NCBI GenBank assembly: GCA_015228815.1
Contig: JADGCV010000010.1
Location: 46,218 to 110,217, forward strand
From: Magnetococcales bacterium
GTDB taxonomy: Bacteria > Pseudomonadota > Magnetococcia > Magnetococcales > UBA8363
Reading direction: 5' to 3'
DNA length: 64,000 bases
Part shown: positions 24,703 through 33,409 of the stretch, in pieces
How positions within the stretch are numbered: position 1 is the stretch's first letter
How the letters are laid out: each line of letters starts with the position of its first letter
Program-made: the position numbers and the translations under genes
The notes under the pieces: model-generated
What the model saw: only the letters and a program-made list of their open reading frames with translations
Databases searched by the model: none
Told to the model about the DNA's origin: nothing

Positions 24703-25206
24703 ACCTTGCCATCCCGTTGCTGCGGCGATCTGGGCGGCGGTCGCTCCTTCCGGGCGTTTCAGCATCTCAATGACCTTCGCCTTCTTGGTGTTGTCCCTGG
24801 CCTTCGGTGTCTTGGCGATGGCCTGTTCGGCAGTGGCGACCTCTGCCTCGACGTCGTTGTTGGTTTCAAGCGTTGTGGCCGCTGGCGGTTCGTTGGCCTG
24901 AACCTGCCAGTCCCAGACCATCCCCTGTTGGGCTGCAACAATTTCGGCATCCTCTTTGGCCTGTCGCTCTGCCTCGCTGCGGTTCAGGTATTGACCTCGT
25001 GCCGATTTGAAGTCTGGATCCAGCACCATCAAGGTGTGCATCGGTATCTTGTCGTCTTCGGTGATGAGTCCTTTGGCCCGGAGGGATGTAAGGACCTTGT
25101 TCACTGCGCCACCCTTGATGTGATCTGGCATCGGGTGGATCGACCCATCTTCGCGGGTGGTTGCGGCCATAAGGATCATCTCTTGGGTTTTTGTCAGCTG
25201 GCTCAT
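24703..25206 (-). pseudogene. DUF3489 gene, 5' fragment (as it stands the ORF runs on into RIT sequence to 24670)
   Basis: 'ILMAATTREDGSIHPMPDHIKGGAVNKVLTSL' and 'MLKRPEGATAAQIAAATGWQG' parallel the intact paralogue 28000..28731. The last 10 codons, HYADAWIMPM*, are encoded by the RIT terminal repeat. Confidence 0.8.
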
Positions 25207-25613
25207 GGTCTTCGCTCCTGAAGAGTTTTTGTTTTCGATGGCCCCATGAAGCTATCGTTTGCGTCACATAATCAAGCGCAAAATTGTTTTGATTTGATGA
25301 TTTTTAATATCATAAACCTTACCATGATCGGCACGAACCGGATGGGACGGTTGTTATGGAGCGAGGGATAAATTACAAGAGAAGAGTAAAACAAGTAAAA
25401 GAGTTAAAAAATCCCTTGACAAAGGCGTTTGAGTACGGTTTTCACCCAAATTCGGTCACCGAAAAGAGGAACGAAATGCTCTATAACAACCGAGTATTCC
25501 AATGGTTATTCGTGAATTTTTCAATAATATCATTATTTTGGGTCCTTCCTGGCCATGGACCCGATGGGTGCCGCGCGACCCCGGCATTTCGCTAGCGCCA
25601 GACGATTTCACAA

Positions 25614-25825
25614 GGTTGACAAATCCCGGTTGACACGGTTGACAAATCAGGACCAGAAGCCTGTTGTGAATGCATTTTTTTGTCAACCAAACCTTGTCAA
25701 CCAGACCCGGTTGCCAGCCGGATTTGTCAACCAACACCTGTCAACCGGACTGGTTGACAAAACCCTTTCCCTGGAAGCAAACCATGCCACTGCAAATTGA
25801 AAACTGGCCCCTGGACCGGTTGACA
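25614..25825. promoter_or_regulatory. cluster of nine GGTTGACA / TGTCAACC sites (iteron/operator array)
   Basis: Forward copies at 25614, 25628, 25637, 25752 and 25818. Reverse copies at 25681, 25695, 25725 and 25739. One degenerate copy (GGTTGCCA) at 25709. Confidence 0.8.
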
Positions 25826-27118
25826 CCCTACGCGCGAAATCCCAGGCGCAACGATGAGGTGGTGGACCGCATGGTGGGGGCCATCCGGGAGTTCGGCTTT
25901 CGTATTCCCATCGTTGCCAAAAGCGATGGACTGGTAGTGGATGGCCATCTGCGCCTCAAGGCGGCCCGGCGACTGGGAATGGTGGAGGTGCCGGTGGTGT
26001 TGGCCGACGACCTCACGGAGGCCCAGATCAAGGCCTTCCGGTTGCTGGCCAATCAATCCGCCAACTGGGCGCAGTGGGATGAGGATCTGCTCAAGGTTGA
26101 GCTGGAAGAGCTGCGCGCCCTGGATTTTAATCTGGAGATGACCGGGTTTGACCTCTCCGAAATCGACCGCATGCTGGAAAGGGAGGGTGGCGAGGAAGGC
26201 GGAGGCGGTTCCTGCGGCACCGAGATCATCCCGGAACCACCGGCTACCCCGGTTACCCGGGCGGGGGATCTGTGGATCCTGGGGGATCATCGTCTTCTCT
26301 GCGGCAGCAGTCTGGTGGCGGAGGATGTCATTCGCCTGATGAACGGCGAACGGGCGGTTTTATTTGCGACCGACCCGCCTTATCTGGTGGACTACAACGG
26401 CACCAATCATCCTCCCAACAGTGCCCGCAAGGCCAAAACCGCCCGGGGTGACACGGGTGGCACCAACGGCAACAAGGATTGGTCCGCCACCTACGGGGTC
26501 ACATGGGACGACTCTTCCCAGGGGCCGGAACTCTACGAGGGATTCATCAGGAATGCCATCGACCATGCCATCGATCCCCATTCGGCCTGGTACTGTTGGC
26601 ATGCGTCCAAACGCCAGGCCATGTTGGAATCCATCTGGGAGAAGTACGGAGCCTTCGTTCACCAGCAACTGATCTGGTCCAAGACCCGTGCGGTCATGAC
26701 CCGGACCCATTATCTTTGGGGGCACGAGCCGTGTTTCTTTGGCTGGATCAAGGGCAACAAACCGCCCCGGGTAAGCGAAGAATATCTCTCCACCGTCTGG
26801 CACATGGCTGGCCTGGAGGGTGACGATCGTCCGGAACACCCGACGCCCAAGCCCCTGGACTGCTTCGCCATTCCCATGAAGCAGCATGTCCAGCCGGGCG
26901 GTCTTTGCTACGAACCCTTTTCCGGTTCCGGCTCGCAGATCATGGCCGGCGAAAAGACTGGACGGCGCGTATTCGCCATGGAGATCAGCCCGGTCTATGT
27001 GGATGTGGCGGTGAAACGATTCATTCAGACCACCGGGCGGATCGTCTACCTGGACGGCTCCGGGGGGAAAACGTTCGAGGATGCAGCGGCGGAACGGGGA
27101 ATTGATTTGAATTCCTGA
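25784..27118 (+). CDS. ParB-like-domain / DNA methyltransferase fusion (N6-A or N4-C class, beta order)
   Basis: N-terminal 'YARNPRRNDEVVDRMVGAIREFGFRIPIV...VVDGHLRLKAARRLG' (ParB-like). 'FATDPPY' (motif IV) precedes 'YEPFSGSGS' (motif I). Confidence 0.85.
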   Translation: MPLQIENWPLDRLTPYARNPRRNDEVVDRMVGAIREFGFRIPIVAKSDGLVVDGHLRLKAARRLGMVEVPVVLADDLTEAQIKAFRLLANQSANWAQWDEDLLKVELEELRALDFNLEMTGFDLSEIDRMLEREGGEEGGGGSCGTEIIPEPPATPVTRAGDLWILGDHRLLCGSSLVAEDVIRLMNGERAVLFATDPPYLVDYNGTNHPPNSARKAKTARGDTGGTNGNKDWSATYGVTWDDSSQGPELYEGFIRNAIDHAIDPHSAWYCWHASKRQAMLESIWEKYGAFVHQQLIWSKTRAVMTRTHYLWGHEPCFFGWIKGNKPPRVSEEYLSTVWHMAGLEGDDRPEHPTPKPLDCFAIPMKQHVQPGGLCYEPFSGSGSQIMAGEKTGRRVFAMEISPVYVDVAVKRFIQTTGRIVYLDGSGGKTFEDAAAERGIDLNS

Positions 27119-27202
27119 AGATCCAGCCTTTCCAGACAGGCCATGGGGACGTAAAGTACCGGGATTCGTTGCCCATTTTCTTCCAGCGCAGACGGTGTTC
27201 CC

Positions 27203-27559
27203 ATGAGTTCCCTGACCAAAGCCGAGATCGTCGAGACCCTCTACCGCAACCTTGGTGCGGGCTGGACACGGCCCCAGGCGCAGGACCTGGTGGAATCGGT
27301 TCTTGAAATGATCCGGTCATCGCTGGAACGAGGGGAAACGGTCAAACTGCCCGGTTTTGGCAACTTTTCCGTCCGAAAGAAACGCGCCCGGGCGGGCCGT
27401 AATCCCAAAAGCGGCGAGGAGGTGGAAATCTCCGCCAGGAAGGTGGTGAGTTTCAAACCCAGTTCCATGCTGAAAGACAGGGTGAGTGGCCAGCCCTCCC
27501 AAAGGGCCGCAGAAATACCCGGACAATGCCGGGTGATTTCCGAGAAAGCTTCGATGTGA
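27203..27559 (+). CDS. ihfA: integration host factor alpha-like (HU/IHF family) protein
   Basis: 'LTKAEIVETLY...VKLPGFGNFSVRKKRARAGRNPKSGEEVEISARKVVSFKPSSMLKDRV' aligns along its length with my memory of E. coli IhfA. Confidence 0.8.
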   Translation: MSSLTKAEIVETLYRNLGAGWTRPQAQDLVESVLEMIRSSLERGETVKLPGFGNFSVRKKRARAGRNPKSGEEVEISARKVVSFKPSSMLKDRVSGQPSQRAAEIPGQCRVISEKASM

Positions 27560-27562
27560 CCG

Positions 27563-28000
27563 CTACGCGTCGATGCGATAGGCGGTGTGATCGTTCTGTA
27601 GGGCGTCCGGATCCATGGGCTTGCCGCCCAGGCCCTCGATGATCTTTCGGAGGGTTGGGCTTCGCCACCCGGTCACCTCGGCGAGCTGGGCGATGGTGGC
27701 CCCCTCGGGACGCTTCATCAGGGCAAACATCACCTCCTCCTTGATGACGGCGCGCAGGGCCGGGTTCGGCTTCCGCCGCAGGATGTCCGCCATGCCCAGG
27801 GCGTAGGCCTCTTCGAGGGCGTGGAGAATGAAGGTCCAGTTCGATTGGGTGACCTTGATGTGCCGCTCGGCGATGTCGAGCAGCGGTTGATGGGCGGCGA
27901 TGGTCGTGACCTTGGCCGGCATGGAAGAGCGCACGGCCCAGTCCCGATGGATCTCCTGTTGCCGTGCTTCGGCGTCGAAGGAATGGTCGGTCATCGTCAT
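27563..28000 (-). CDS. DUF3489-like protein (divergent paralogue)
   Basis: 'LMKRPEGATIAQLAEVTGWRSPTLRKIIEGL'. ATG 28000 overlaps the stop of the upstream paralogue (ATGA). Confidence 0.6.
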   Translation of the reverse strand: MTMTDHSFDAEARQQEIHRDWAVRSSMPAKVTTIAAHQPLLDIAERHIKVTQSNWTFILHALEEAYALGMADILRRKPNPALRAVIKEEVMFALMKRPEGATIAQLAEVTGWRSPTLRKIIEGLGGKPMDPDALQNDHTAYRIDA

Positions 28001-28731
28001 CACTCCGCTATTTTGTAGGTCGTGCAGCCGCCCTTGGCGTTGGGTCCGACGTGGTGCAGGCGCTCGGTCGTGACCTTCAGGCCCAGGCGTTTCTTGAGGG
28101 TACCGGAGATGGCTCCCCTCACCGTGTTGGAACTCCACAATGTTGCCTGAACAATCTGCTCGATGGTGGCTCCCTCCGGGCGCTTCATCATTTCGATCAT
28201 GAGATTCTGTTTGGAATTCTCCCGGGGAGCGGCTTTGCGCGGGGCTCTTCCCGCGGCAGCCAGGCCGGCCTGATAGGCGGCGGTGAGGGCGTTTTTGATG
28301 GGGCCGATATCGTGCATTTGCCCGTCGTAGACGGCCCTGTTGGGGTCAAGCGTGTCAATGCTCAGGTACCTTTGGGCGATGTCATCCAGGATGATGTCCA
28401 GTGAATCCGGTTTGATGTCTTGCGGCTCCCCGGAGTTTTCCTGTTCCGGATTGGGTTGGGGGCCGGTTTTCTCTTCCAGTTCAGATGCGCAGGCCTCTGG
28501 CAGTTCCAGTGGTTCCTGACCGATGGCGCGGCGCCCCGCGTCGCTGATGCACCAGTTGCGGTATGGCGGGTTGAGGCTGGTATCCTCGATCATGCCCCGT
28601 CCTTCCAGGGCGGTGATCACCTTCATGGCGGCACCCCCTTTGATCTTCTCCGGCAGGGGGTGAATGCTTCCATCCGGGCGGCTGGCGGCGGTTTCAAGGA
28701 TGGTCTTCTGGGCGGTGGTGAGGTTGGTCAT
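28000..28731 (-). CDS. DUF3489 protein (intact paralogue)
   Basis: 'ILETAASRPDGSIHPLPEKIKGGAAMKVITAL' and 'MMKRPEGATIEQIVQATLWSSNTVRGAISGTLKKRLGLKV'. ATG 28731 follows AGGAG. Confidence 0.65.
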   Translation of the reverse strand: MTNLTTAQKTILETAASRPDGSIHPLPEKIKGGAAMKVITALEGRGMIEDTSLNPPYRNWCISDAGRRAIGQEPLELPEACASELEEKTGPQPNPEQENSGEPQDIKPDSLDIILDDIAQRYLSIDTLDPNRAVYDGQMHDIGPIKNALTAAYQAGLAAAGRAPRKAAPRENSKQNLMIEMMKRPEGATIEQIVQATLWSSNTVRGAISGTLKKRLGLKVTTERLHHVGPNAKGGCTTYKIAE

Positions 28732-28893
28732 CTCTTCAAGTCTCCTGTTTGGATTGCTGTGCGTCGTTGCACCCATGAAGCCATGGAATCGGATGACATA
28801 TCCAGAACTGTTTGATCCACTTTTTCATAATATTTTCATCATGTTTCACGTTGGTTGCACAGAACTGCCGTGATCCATGGAGCCACCACGACC

Positions 28894-29493
28894 ATGCAGA
28901 TCAGTCAATCGGAATGGGCACGGCGGCAGGGATTTTCGCGCCAGTATGTGAGCAAGCTGGTCAAAAGCGGCATCATTCGTCTGGTGAATGGGCAGATCGA
29001 CACGGATCAGGCCGAGTCGGCGTTGGCGGCCACCCGTGAACCGGCGCGGGCGCTGCAACGCAAGGAAAATCCGCTGCAAACACCCGTGCCGGTTGTCACA
29101 CCGCCAATCAAAAAAGAGGCACCCGGGAGCGTGCTTCCCGTTTTGCCGGACATCCCCGGCGGGAACGCGGGGGATTTGTCCACGCTTTTGCTCAAGGCCC
29201 GCATCAAAAGCGAGATCAAACGGGCCAGTCTGTTGGAGATTCGGGAGAAGGTGGAAAGCGGCAAGTTGGTGGATAGTGACGAAATGCATGCAGCGGCATT
29301 CAACCGGGGACGTGCGATCCGGGCGGCCTGGGAGGCATGGCCCAACCGGGTGGCTGGCACCATGGGGGCGGAACTGGGGGTGGAAACACGCACCATGCGC
29401 ATTCTTCTGGAAAAATTCGTGCGCTCGCATCTCCAGGAGTTGGCTGGGATGGATGGAGAAAATCATGGGTGGCAGCACAGCGGAGCAGTATGA
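28894..29493 (+). CDS. terS: terminase small subunit
   Basis: N-terminal HTH 'ISQSEWARRQGFSRQYVSKLVKSGII', and the position directly upstream of terL-type sequence. Confidence 0.7.
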   Translation: MQISQSEWARRQGFSRQYVSKLVKSGIIRLVNGQIDTDQAESALAATREPARALQRKENPLQTPVPVVTPPIKKEAPGSVLPVLPDIPGGNAGDLSTLLLKARIKSEIKRASLLEIREKVESGKLVDSDEMHAAAFNRGRAIRAAWEAWPNRVAGTMGAELGVETRTMRILLEKFVRSHLQELAGMDGENHGWQHSGAV

Positions 29494-29614
29494 CGAAGCC
29501 TATTTCCAAGGGTTGCGGCCCGATCCAGTGCTGATGGTCTCGCAGTGGGCCGATCGGCAAACGTTCGCAACGGATTGTGTTCCATTTTTCATGGATGGGG
29601 TCATGAAATTTTGA
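29465..29614 (+). pseudogene. remnant of a second terL allele (first ~30 codons, then unrelated sequence and a stop)
   Basis: 'TAEQYDEAYFQGLRPDPVLMVSQWADRQ' versus the intact TerL 'TARLYNEAFSQGLRPDPLLLVSQWADRH' (20/27 identical by eye). It overlaps the terS 3' end, as a genuine terL start would. Confidence 0.65.
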
Positions 29615-29621
29615 GGAACTC

Positions 29622-29683
29622 GGCACTGCGTGGCGGGGCTGGGCACGGCATGGCAGGGCATGGCGCGGCAATGCAAGGCAAGG
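29622..29683. repeat. degenerate pentanucleotide array (GGCAN), about 12 units
   Basis: ggcac tgcgt ggcgg ggctg ggcac ggcat ggcag ggcat ggcgc ggcaa tgcaa ggcaa. Same family as 13017-13118. Confidence 0.9.
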
Positions 29684-29745
29684 ATTTTATCGAAAGTCAT
29701 TTTACCTGTTGGACAACCGGATCAACTCCCACTGGAAAAATCATC

Positions 29746-30339
29746 ATGAAAAGACTATCGATCAGCATCGAGGGCGTGACGCCACTCCTGATGAACAAGT
29801 TCCATGACGCGGCCCAAATGGCGGCCACCAGTGGAACACGCATCAGCACGATAGGAAACAAGGGCACGCCACGGGAAATCGCAGAGAGCAAGCTCTACAT
29901 CGGGCAGGAGGGGATGCCGATCATCCCGAATCCCAACTTGTTCCGGGCGATCATCGACGGAGGCAGTTTTTTCAAGAGCGGCAAATCCAAAGTGACGACC
30001 ATCAAATCGTCTCTTATTCCGGCCTGTCTCTCCATTGAGGAAATGGAGATCCCCGTCACCCACAAAGATCCATGGATGGTGGATACGCGCCCTGTCCGCA
30101 TTCCCTCGACTGGGGGACGCATCCTGGCGCATCGCCCTTGCTTCCATGACTGGAAATTGAGGTTCACGGCCCTTCTCGATGACGAAATCATCACCTTGCG
30201 ATTGTTGAGAGACATCGTGGATGCAACGGGTATCCGGATCGGTCTGGGCGATTTTCGTCCAGCATGTAAAGGACCGTTCGGCAAGTTTGTCGTGACCAAC
30301 TGGCAAGAGGACGAAATGGATGCCAGAAAGGTGGCGTAA
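29746..30339 (+). CDS. hypothetical protein carried by the terS/terL-junction cassette
   Basis: 197-aa ORF MKRLSISIEGVTPLLMNKFHD... with balanced composition. No motif I can name. Confidence 0.6.
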   Translation: MKRLSISIEGVTPLLMNKFHDAAQMAATSGTRISTIGNKGTPREIAESKLYIGQEGMPIIPNPNLFRAIIDGGSFFKSGKSKVTTIKSSLIPACLSIEEMEIPVTHKDPWMVDTRPVRIPSTGGRILAHRPCFHDWKLRFTALLDDEIITLRLLRDIVDATGIRIGLGDFRPACKGPFGKFVVTNWQEDEMDARKVA

Positions 30340-30425
30340 TGGCCACCCTCGACGAATTGCAGATCCGCCGGGACCGACTTCTGGAAACAGTTGCTGGAAT
30401 TGGTGGAGAAGGAAACAGACGATGA
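30339..30425 (+). pseudogene. possible remnant of a terS 3' end (28 codons)
   Basis: '...LLETVAGIGGEGNRR*' parallels the resident TerS C-terminus '...LQELAGMDGENHG'. The stop overlaps the terL ATG (ATGA), the normal terS/terL arrangement. Confidence 0.4.
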
Positions 30426-32332
30426 GTGAAACGGCCAGACTTTACAACGAGGCCTTCTCCCAAGGGCTGCGGCCAGATCCTTTGTTGCTGGTCTCCCAAT
30501 GGGCCGACCGGCACAGGGTGCTCTCCTCGGTCTCCTCCAGCGAACCCGGTGCTTGGCGCACCGCACGCACCCCGTATCTGAAGGAGGTAATGGACTGCCT
30601 GTCGCCATCCTCTCCGGTGGAACGAGTGGTTTTCATGTCTGGCTCGCAGCTCGGAAAAACCGAAGCGGGCCTGTGCTGGTTGGGATACATCATCCATCTG
30701 TCGCCGGGTCCGATCCTGATGACCCAGCCCTCGTTGGAGATGGCCAAGACCTACTCCAAACAACGCCTGGATCCGCTGGTGGAGGCCAGCCCGGCGTTGC
30801 GGGATCTGGTGCGTGAACCGCGCTCCCGAGACTCCGGCAACACGATTTTCGTGAAAGAATTTCGCGGCGGTATCCTCAGGATCACCGGGGCCAACTCGGC
30901 GGCGGGGCTTTCCTCCATGCCGGTTCGGTTTCTGTTTCTCGATGAGGTGGACCGCTACCCTGGCGACGTGGATGGAGAAGGCGATCCGGTGGCACTGGCC
31001 ACCCAACGCACCGTCACCTTCTCCAACCGCAAAATACTGATTGTCTCCACTCCGACCATCAAGGGTTTTTCCCGCATCGAGGGTGCCTATGCCGAAAGCG
31101 ATCAGCGTCGGTATTGGGTGCCCTGCCCGGAGTGCCAAAAGGAACAGGTTCTGGTCTGGAAACAGGTGCGTTGGCCGAAAAATCAACCGGAAAATGCCCA
31201 TTACGTCTGCATTCATTGCGAGGCGATCATCCCGGAACACCGCAAAGGCTGGATGCTGGAGCGTGGCCGCTGGATCGCCGGGGCCAGGGGCAATGGTTTG
31301 ATTGCGGGGTTTCATCTGTCAAGCCTTTACAGCCCCATGGGTTGGGTTTCCTGGGGGCAGATCGCCGAGGAGCATGTGCAGGTTCACCGGGATCCGTTTC
31401 GCTTGAAGGTATGGGTCAATACCAAACTGGGCGAAACCTGGGAGGAGATTGCCGAGAAACTGGACAGCGAAGGATTGATGGAACGCCGCGAGCTGTTCGG
31501 CGACCTGTTGCCCGTTGGCGTCGTGGTCCTGACCGCAGGTATTGACGTCCACCCAGACCGTTTGGAGATTGAAATCGTTGGTTGGGGACGGGATGAGGAG
31601 TCCTGGTCCATCAAGCACATCGTGATTTTTGGAGACCCAACGGCACCAACGGTTTGGGATGATCTGGACCATCTGCTGCGTTCCACCTTTGCGCATTCGC
31701 GGCAGATGGATGACCTTCCCATCTTTGCCGCTGCCATCGACACCGGCGGTGCCAACACCATGTCGGCCTATGCCTTCTGTCGGGACCGGCAGGATCGGAG
31801 GGTGTGGGGCATCAAGGGAATCGGCGGCATGGGCAAACCACTTTGGCCGCTGCGGGCCAGTCGTAACAACAAGGGACGGATCCCGCTGTTTATCATCGGT
31901 GTCGATGCTGCCAAGGAATCGATTTACGCCAGGCTGCGCATCAAAACCCCTGGGCCAGGCTATTGCCACTTCCCGAAGGATCGAGACGCCGAATGGTTTC
32001 GCCAATTGACGTCAGAAAAAGTAGCCACCCGTTACGTCAAAGGTCGTCCCATCCGGGAGTGGAAAAAACCGGACAGCGCACGCAACGAGGCGTTGGACTG
32101 CCGGGTTTATGCCGTGGCGGCCCTGCACGGCATGATGAACATGGGGTTTCGGCTGAACGTCGAGGCAGACTGGCAGGAAAAAATTCCTCTCAAGGAGGGG
32201 ATCACCGTTGTTACTCCTGTCGAGGAGCCGCGATTGGTGTTGCCTGAAAAAAACCGGATTGTTGCGCCGCCACAGATTGAGAAACCACGGTGGCTTGCAG
32301 GTCGGCGTTCTGGGTGGTTGGACAGGAGGTAA
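30422..32332 (+). CDS. terL: terminase large subunit, lambda GpA family
   Basis: 'WADRHRVL...ARTPYLKEVMD', 'MSGSQLGKTE' (Walker A-like), 'FLFLDEVD' (Walker B), and 'CPECQ...CIHC' zinc-finger-like segment. 636 aa. Confidence 0.9.
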   Translation: MSETARLYNEAFSQGLRPDPLLLVSQWADRHRVLSSVSSSEPGAWRTARTPYLKEVMDCLSPSSPVERVVFMSGSQLGKTEAGLCWLGYIIHLSPGPILMTQPSLEMAKTYSKQRLDPLVEASPALRDLVREPRSRDSGNTIFVKEFRGGILRITGANSAAGLSSMPVRFLFLDEVDRYPGDVDGEGDPVALATQRTVTFSNRKILIVSTPTIKGFSRIEGAYAESDQRRYWVPCPECQKEQVLVWKQVRWPKNQPENAHYVCIHCEAIIPEHRKGWMLERGRWIAGARGNGLIAGFHLSSLYSPMGWVSWGQIAEEHVQVHRDPFRLKVWVNTKLGETWEEIAEKLDSEGLMERRELFGDLLPVGVVVLTAGIDVHPDRLEIEIVGWGRDEESWSIKHIVIFGDPTAPTVWDDLDHLLRSTFAHSRQMDDLPIFAAAIDTGGANTMSAYAFCRDRQDRRVWGIKGIGGMGKPLWPLRASRNNKGRIPLFIIGVDAAKESIYARLRIKTPGPGYCHFPKDRDAEWFRQLTSEKVATRYVKGRPIREWKKPDSARNEALDCRVYAVAALHGMMNMGFRLNVEADWQEKIPLKEGITVVTPVEEPRLVLPEKNRIVAPPQIEKPRWLAGRRSGWLDRR

Positions 32333-32334
32333 CG

Positions 32335-32372
32335 AAAAAAATACCGCCCCCTTTGTAGGGGCGGCAGTTTTT
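32335..32372. terminator. bidirectional intrinsic terminator between convergent genes
   Basis: An A-run, then CCGCCCC (32344-32350) pairing with GGGGCGG (32358-32364), then a T-run. Confidence 0.7.
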
Positions 32373-32584
32373 CAGACGCCATCAAAAAACACCTCGGCAT
32401 CATCGCCGTATTCAGCAGCCTTATGAACAGAGGCCTTGATGCGGGCGCGGGCAAGGCGATGCGCGATCTTGGTGTCCCTGGTCTGTGCTTTTTTGCTGCG
32501 ACGATTCCGGTAAGTATCCCAGGGAAAAGTGTCATGCCCAGGGCAGCAAAAAACATCTTCGCGACGGACTCCGTAGGGTTTCAT
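32372..32584 (-). CDS. hypothetical small basic protein (70 aa)
   Basis: ATG 32584 lies 8 nt after AAGGAGG on the minus strand. Confidence 0.5.
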   Translation of the reverse strand: MKPYGVRREDVFCCPGHDTFPWDTYRNRRSKKAQTRDTKIAHRLARARIKASVHKAAEYGDDAEVFFDGV

Positions 32585-32800
32585 GGATTGGTCCTCCTTC
32601 ATGGCTGATGTGATGACGACATGAAGCCATCAGAGGCGGACACATATCAAGAAAATAATGAGAAATTTTTCAATAAAAACAGTGATTGCGATGATGTGTC
32701 GCAAACCGTGGACGGGTTTACAGAATTGGTGGGGCGAGTTGCCCGGAAATCGCCGCCGTCCGATGTTTTGAAACCGGAGCGGCGGCGTAATTCCAGGGAA

Positions 32801-33079
32801 TCAATGCACCATACCGATGGCTTTGCGATAGACATCAAGCATGGTTTCCTTCTCATCCAGTTCGTGTTCTTCCATTTTCCGGATCTTGAGAAGTTCTTTC
32901 ATTATTTTGACATCGAAACCATTTCCTTTGGCTTCCTGGAACACCTCCTTGATGTCTTCGCAGAGGGTCGTCTTTTCTTCCTCAAGACGCTCGATTCGTT
33001 CCAGATAGCGAAGCAGAACTTCACCAGGGATACCTTGGTATTCGGAGGGGACTGCGGGGGATTTTTGGACTTCCGGCAT
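32801..33079 (-). CDS. GapR-like DUF2312 protein, copy 2
   Basis: 'LLRYLERIERLEEEKTTLCEDIKEVFQEAKGNGFDVKIMKELLKIRKM'. ATG 33079 lies 7 nt after AAGGAG. Confidence 0.75.
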   Translation of the reverse strand: MPEVQKSPAVPSEYQGIPGEVLLRYLERIERLEEEKTTLCEDIKEVFQEAKGNGFDVKIMKELLKIRKMEEHELDEKETMLDVYRKAIGMVH

Positions 33080-33205
33080 ATTCGACTCCTTGATGCATGA
33101 ATGTGCGATGTCAAAATTTCGTAAAACACAGCTCCATATCATCATCGCAAGCAATAGGTGTGCCTTATCGGAACGTAGCCATTATGTATGGCTGGAGTAA
33201 ACGTC

Positions 33206-33409
33206 ATGGCTTTCACGCAAACAGAACTTGATGAACTCAAACAAGCCTACGCCTCCGGTGCCCTGCGCGTCGTCCACGAAGGCAAAACGGTCGAATACGG
33301 GTCGGAGGCCGATTTGCTGCGCCGTATCCGCATGGTTGAGGGCGAATTGAAAACCACGACTGGTCAGAATGCACCCAACGTCAGTTTTGCCAGTTTTTCC
33401 AGGGGCTGA
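33206..33409 (+). CDS. head-tail joining protein gpW family
   Basis: 'FTQTELDELKQAYASGALRVVHEGKTVEYGSEADLLRRIRMVEGEL' fits the gpW pattern and sits between terL and portal. ATG 33206 lies 8 nt after GGAG. Confidence 0.7.
   Translation: MAFTQTELDELKQAYASGALRVVHEGKTVEYGSEADLLRRIRMVEGELKTTTGQNAPNVSFASFSRG

Noticed and set aside
25356-25595. 79-aa plus-strand ORF in the 577-bp gap upstream of the ParB-methyltransferase.
   Set aside because: It is AT-rich with poor amino-acid composition, has no SD, and runs into the repeat array. It is treated as a regulatory intergenic region.
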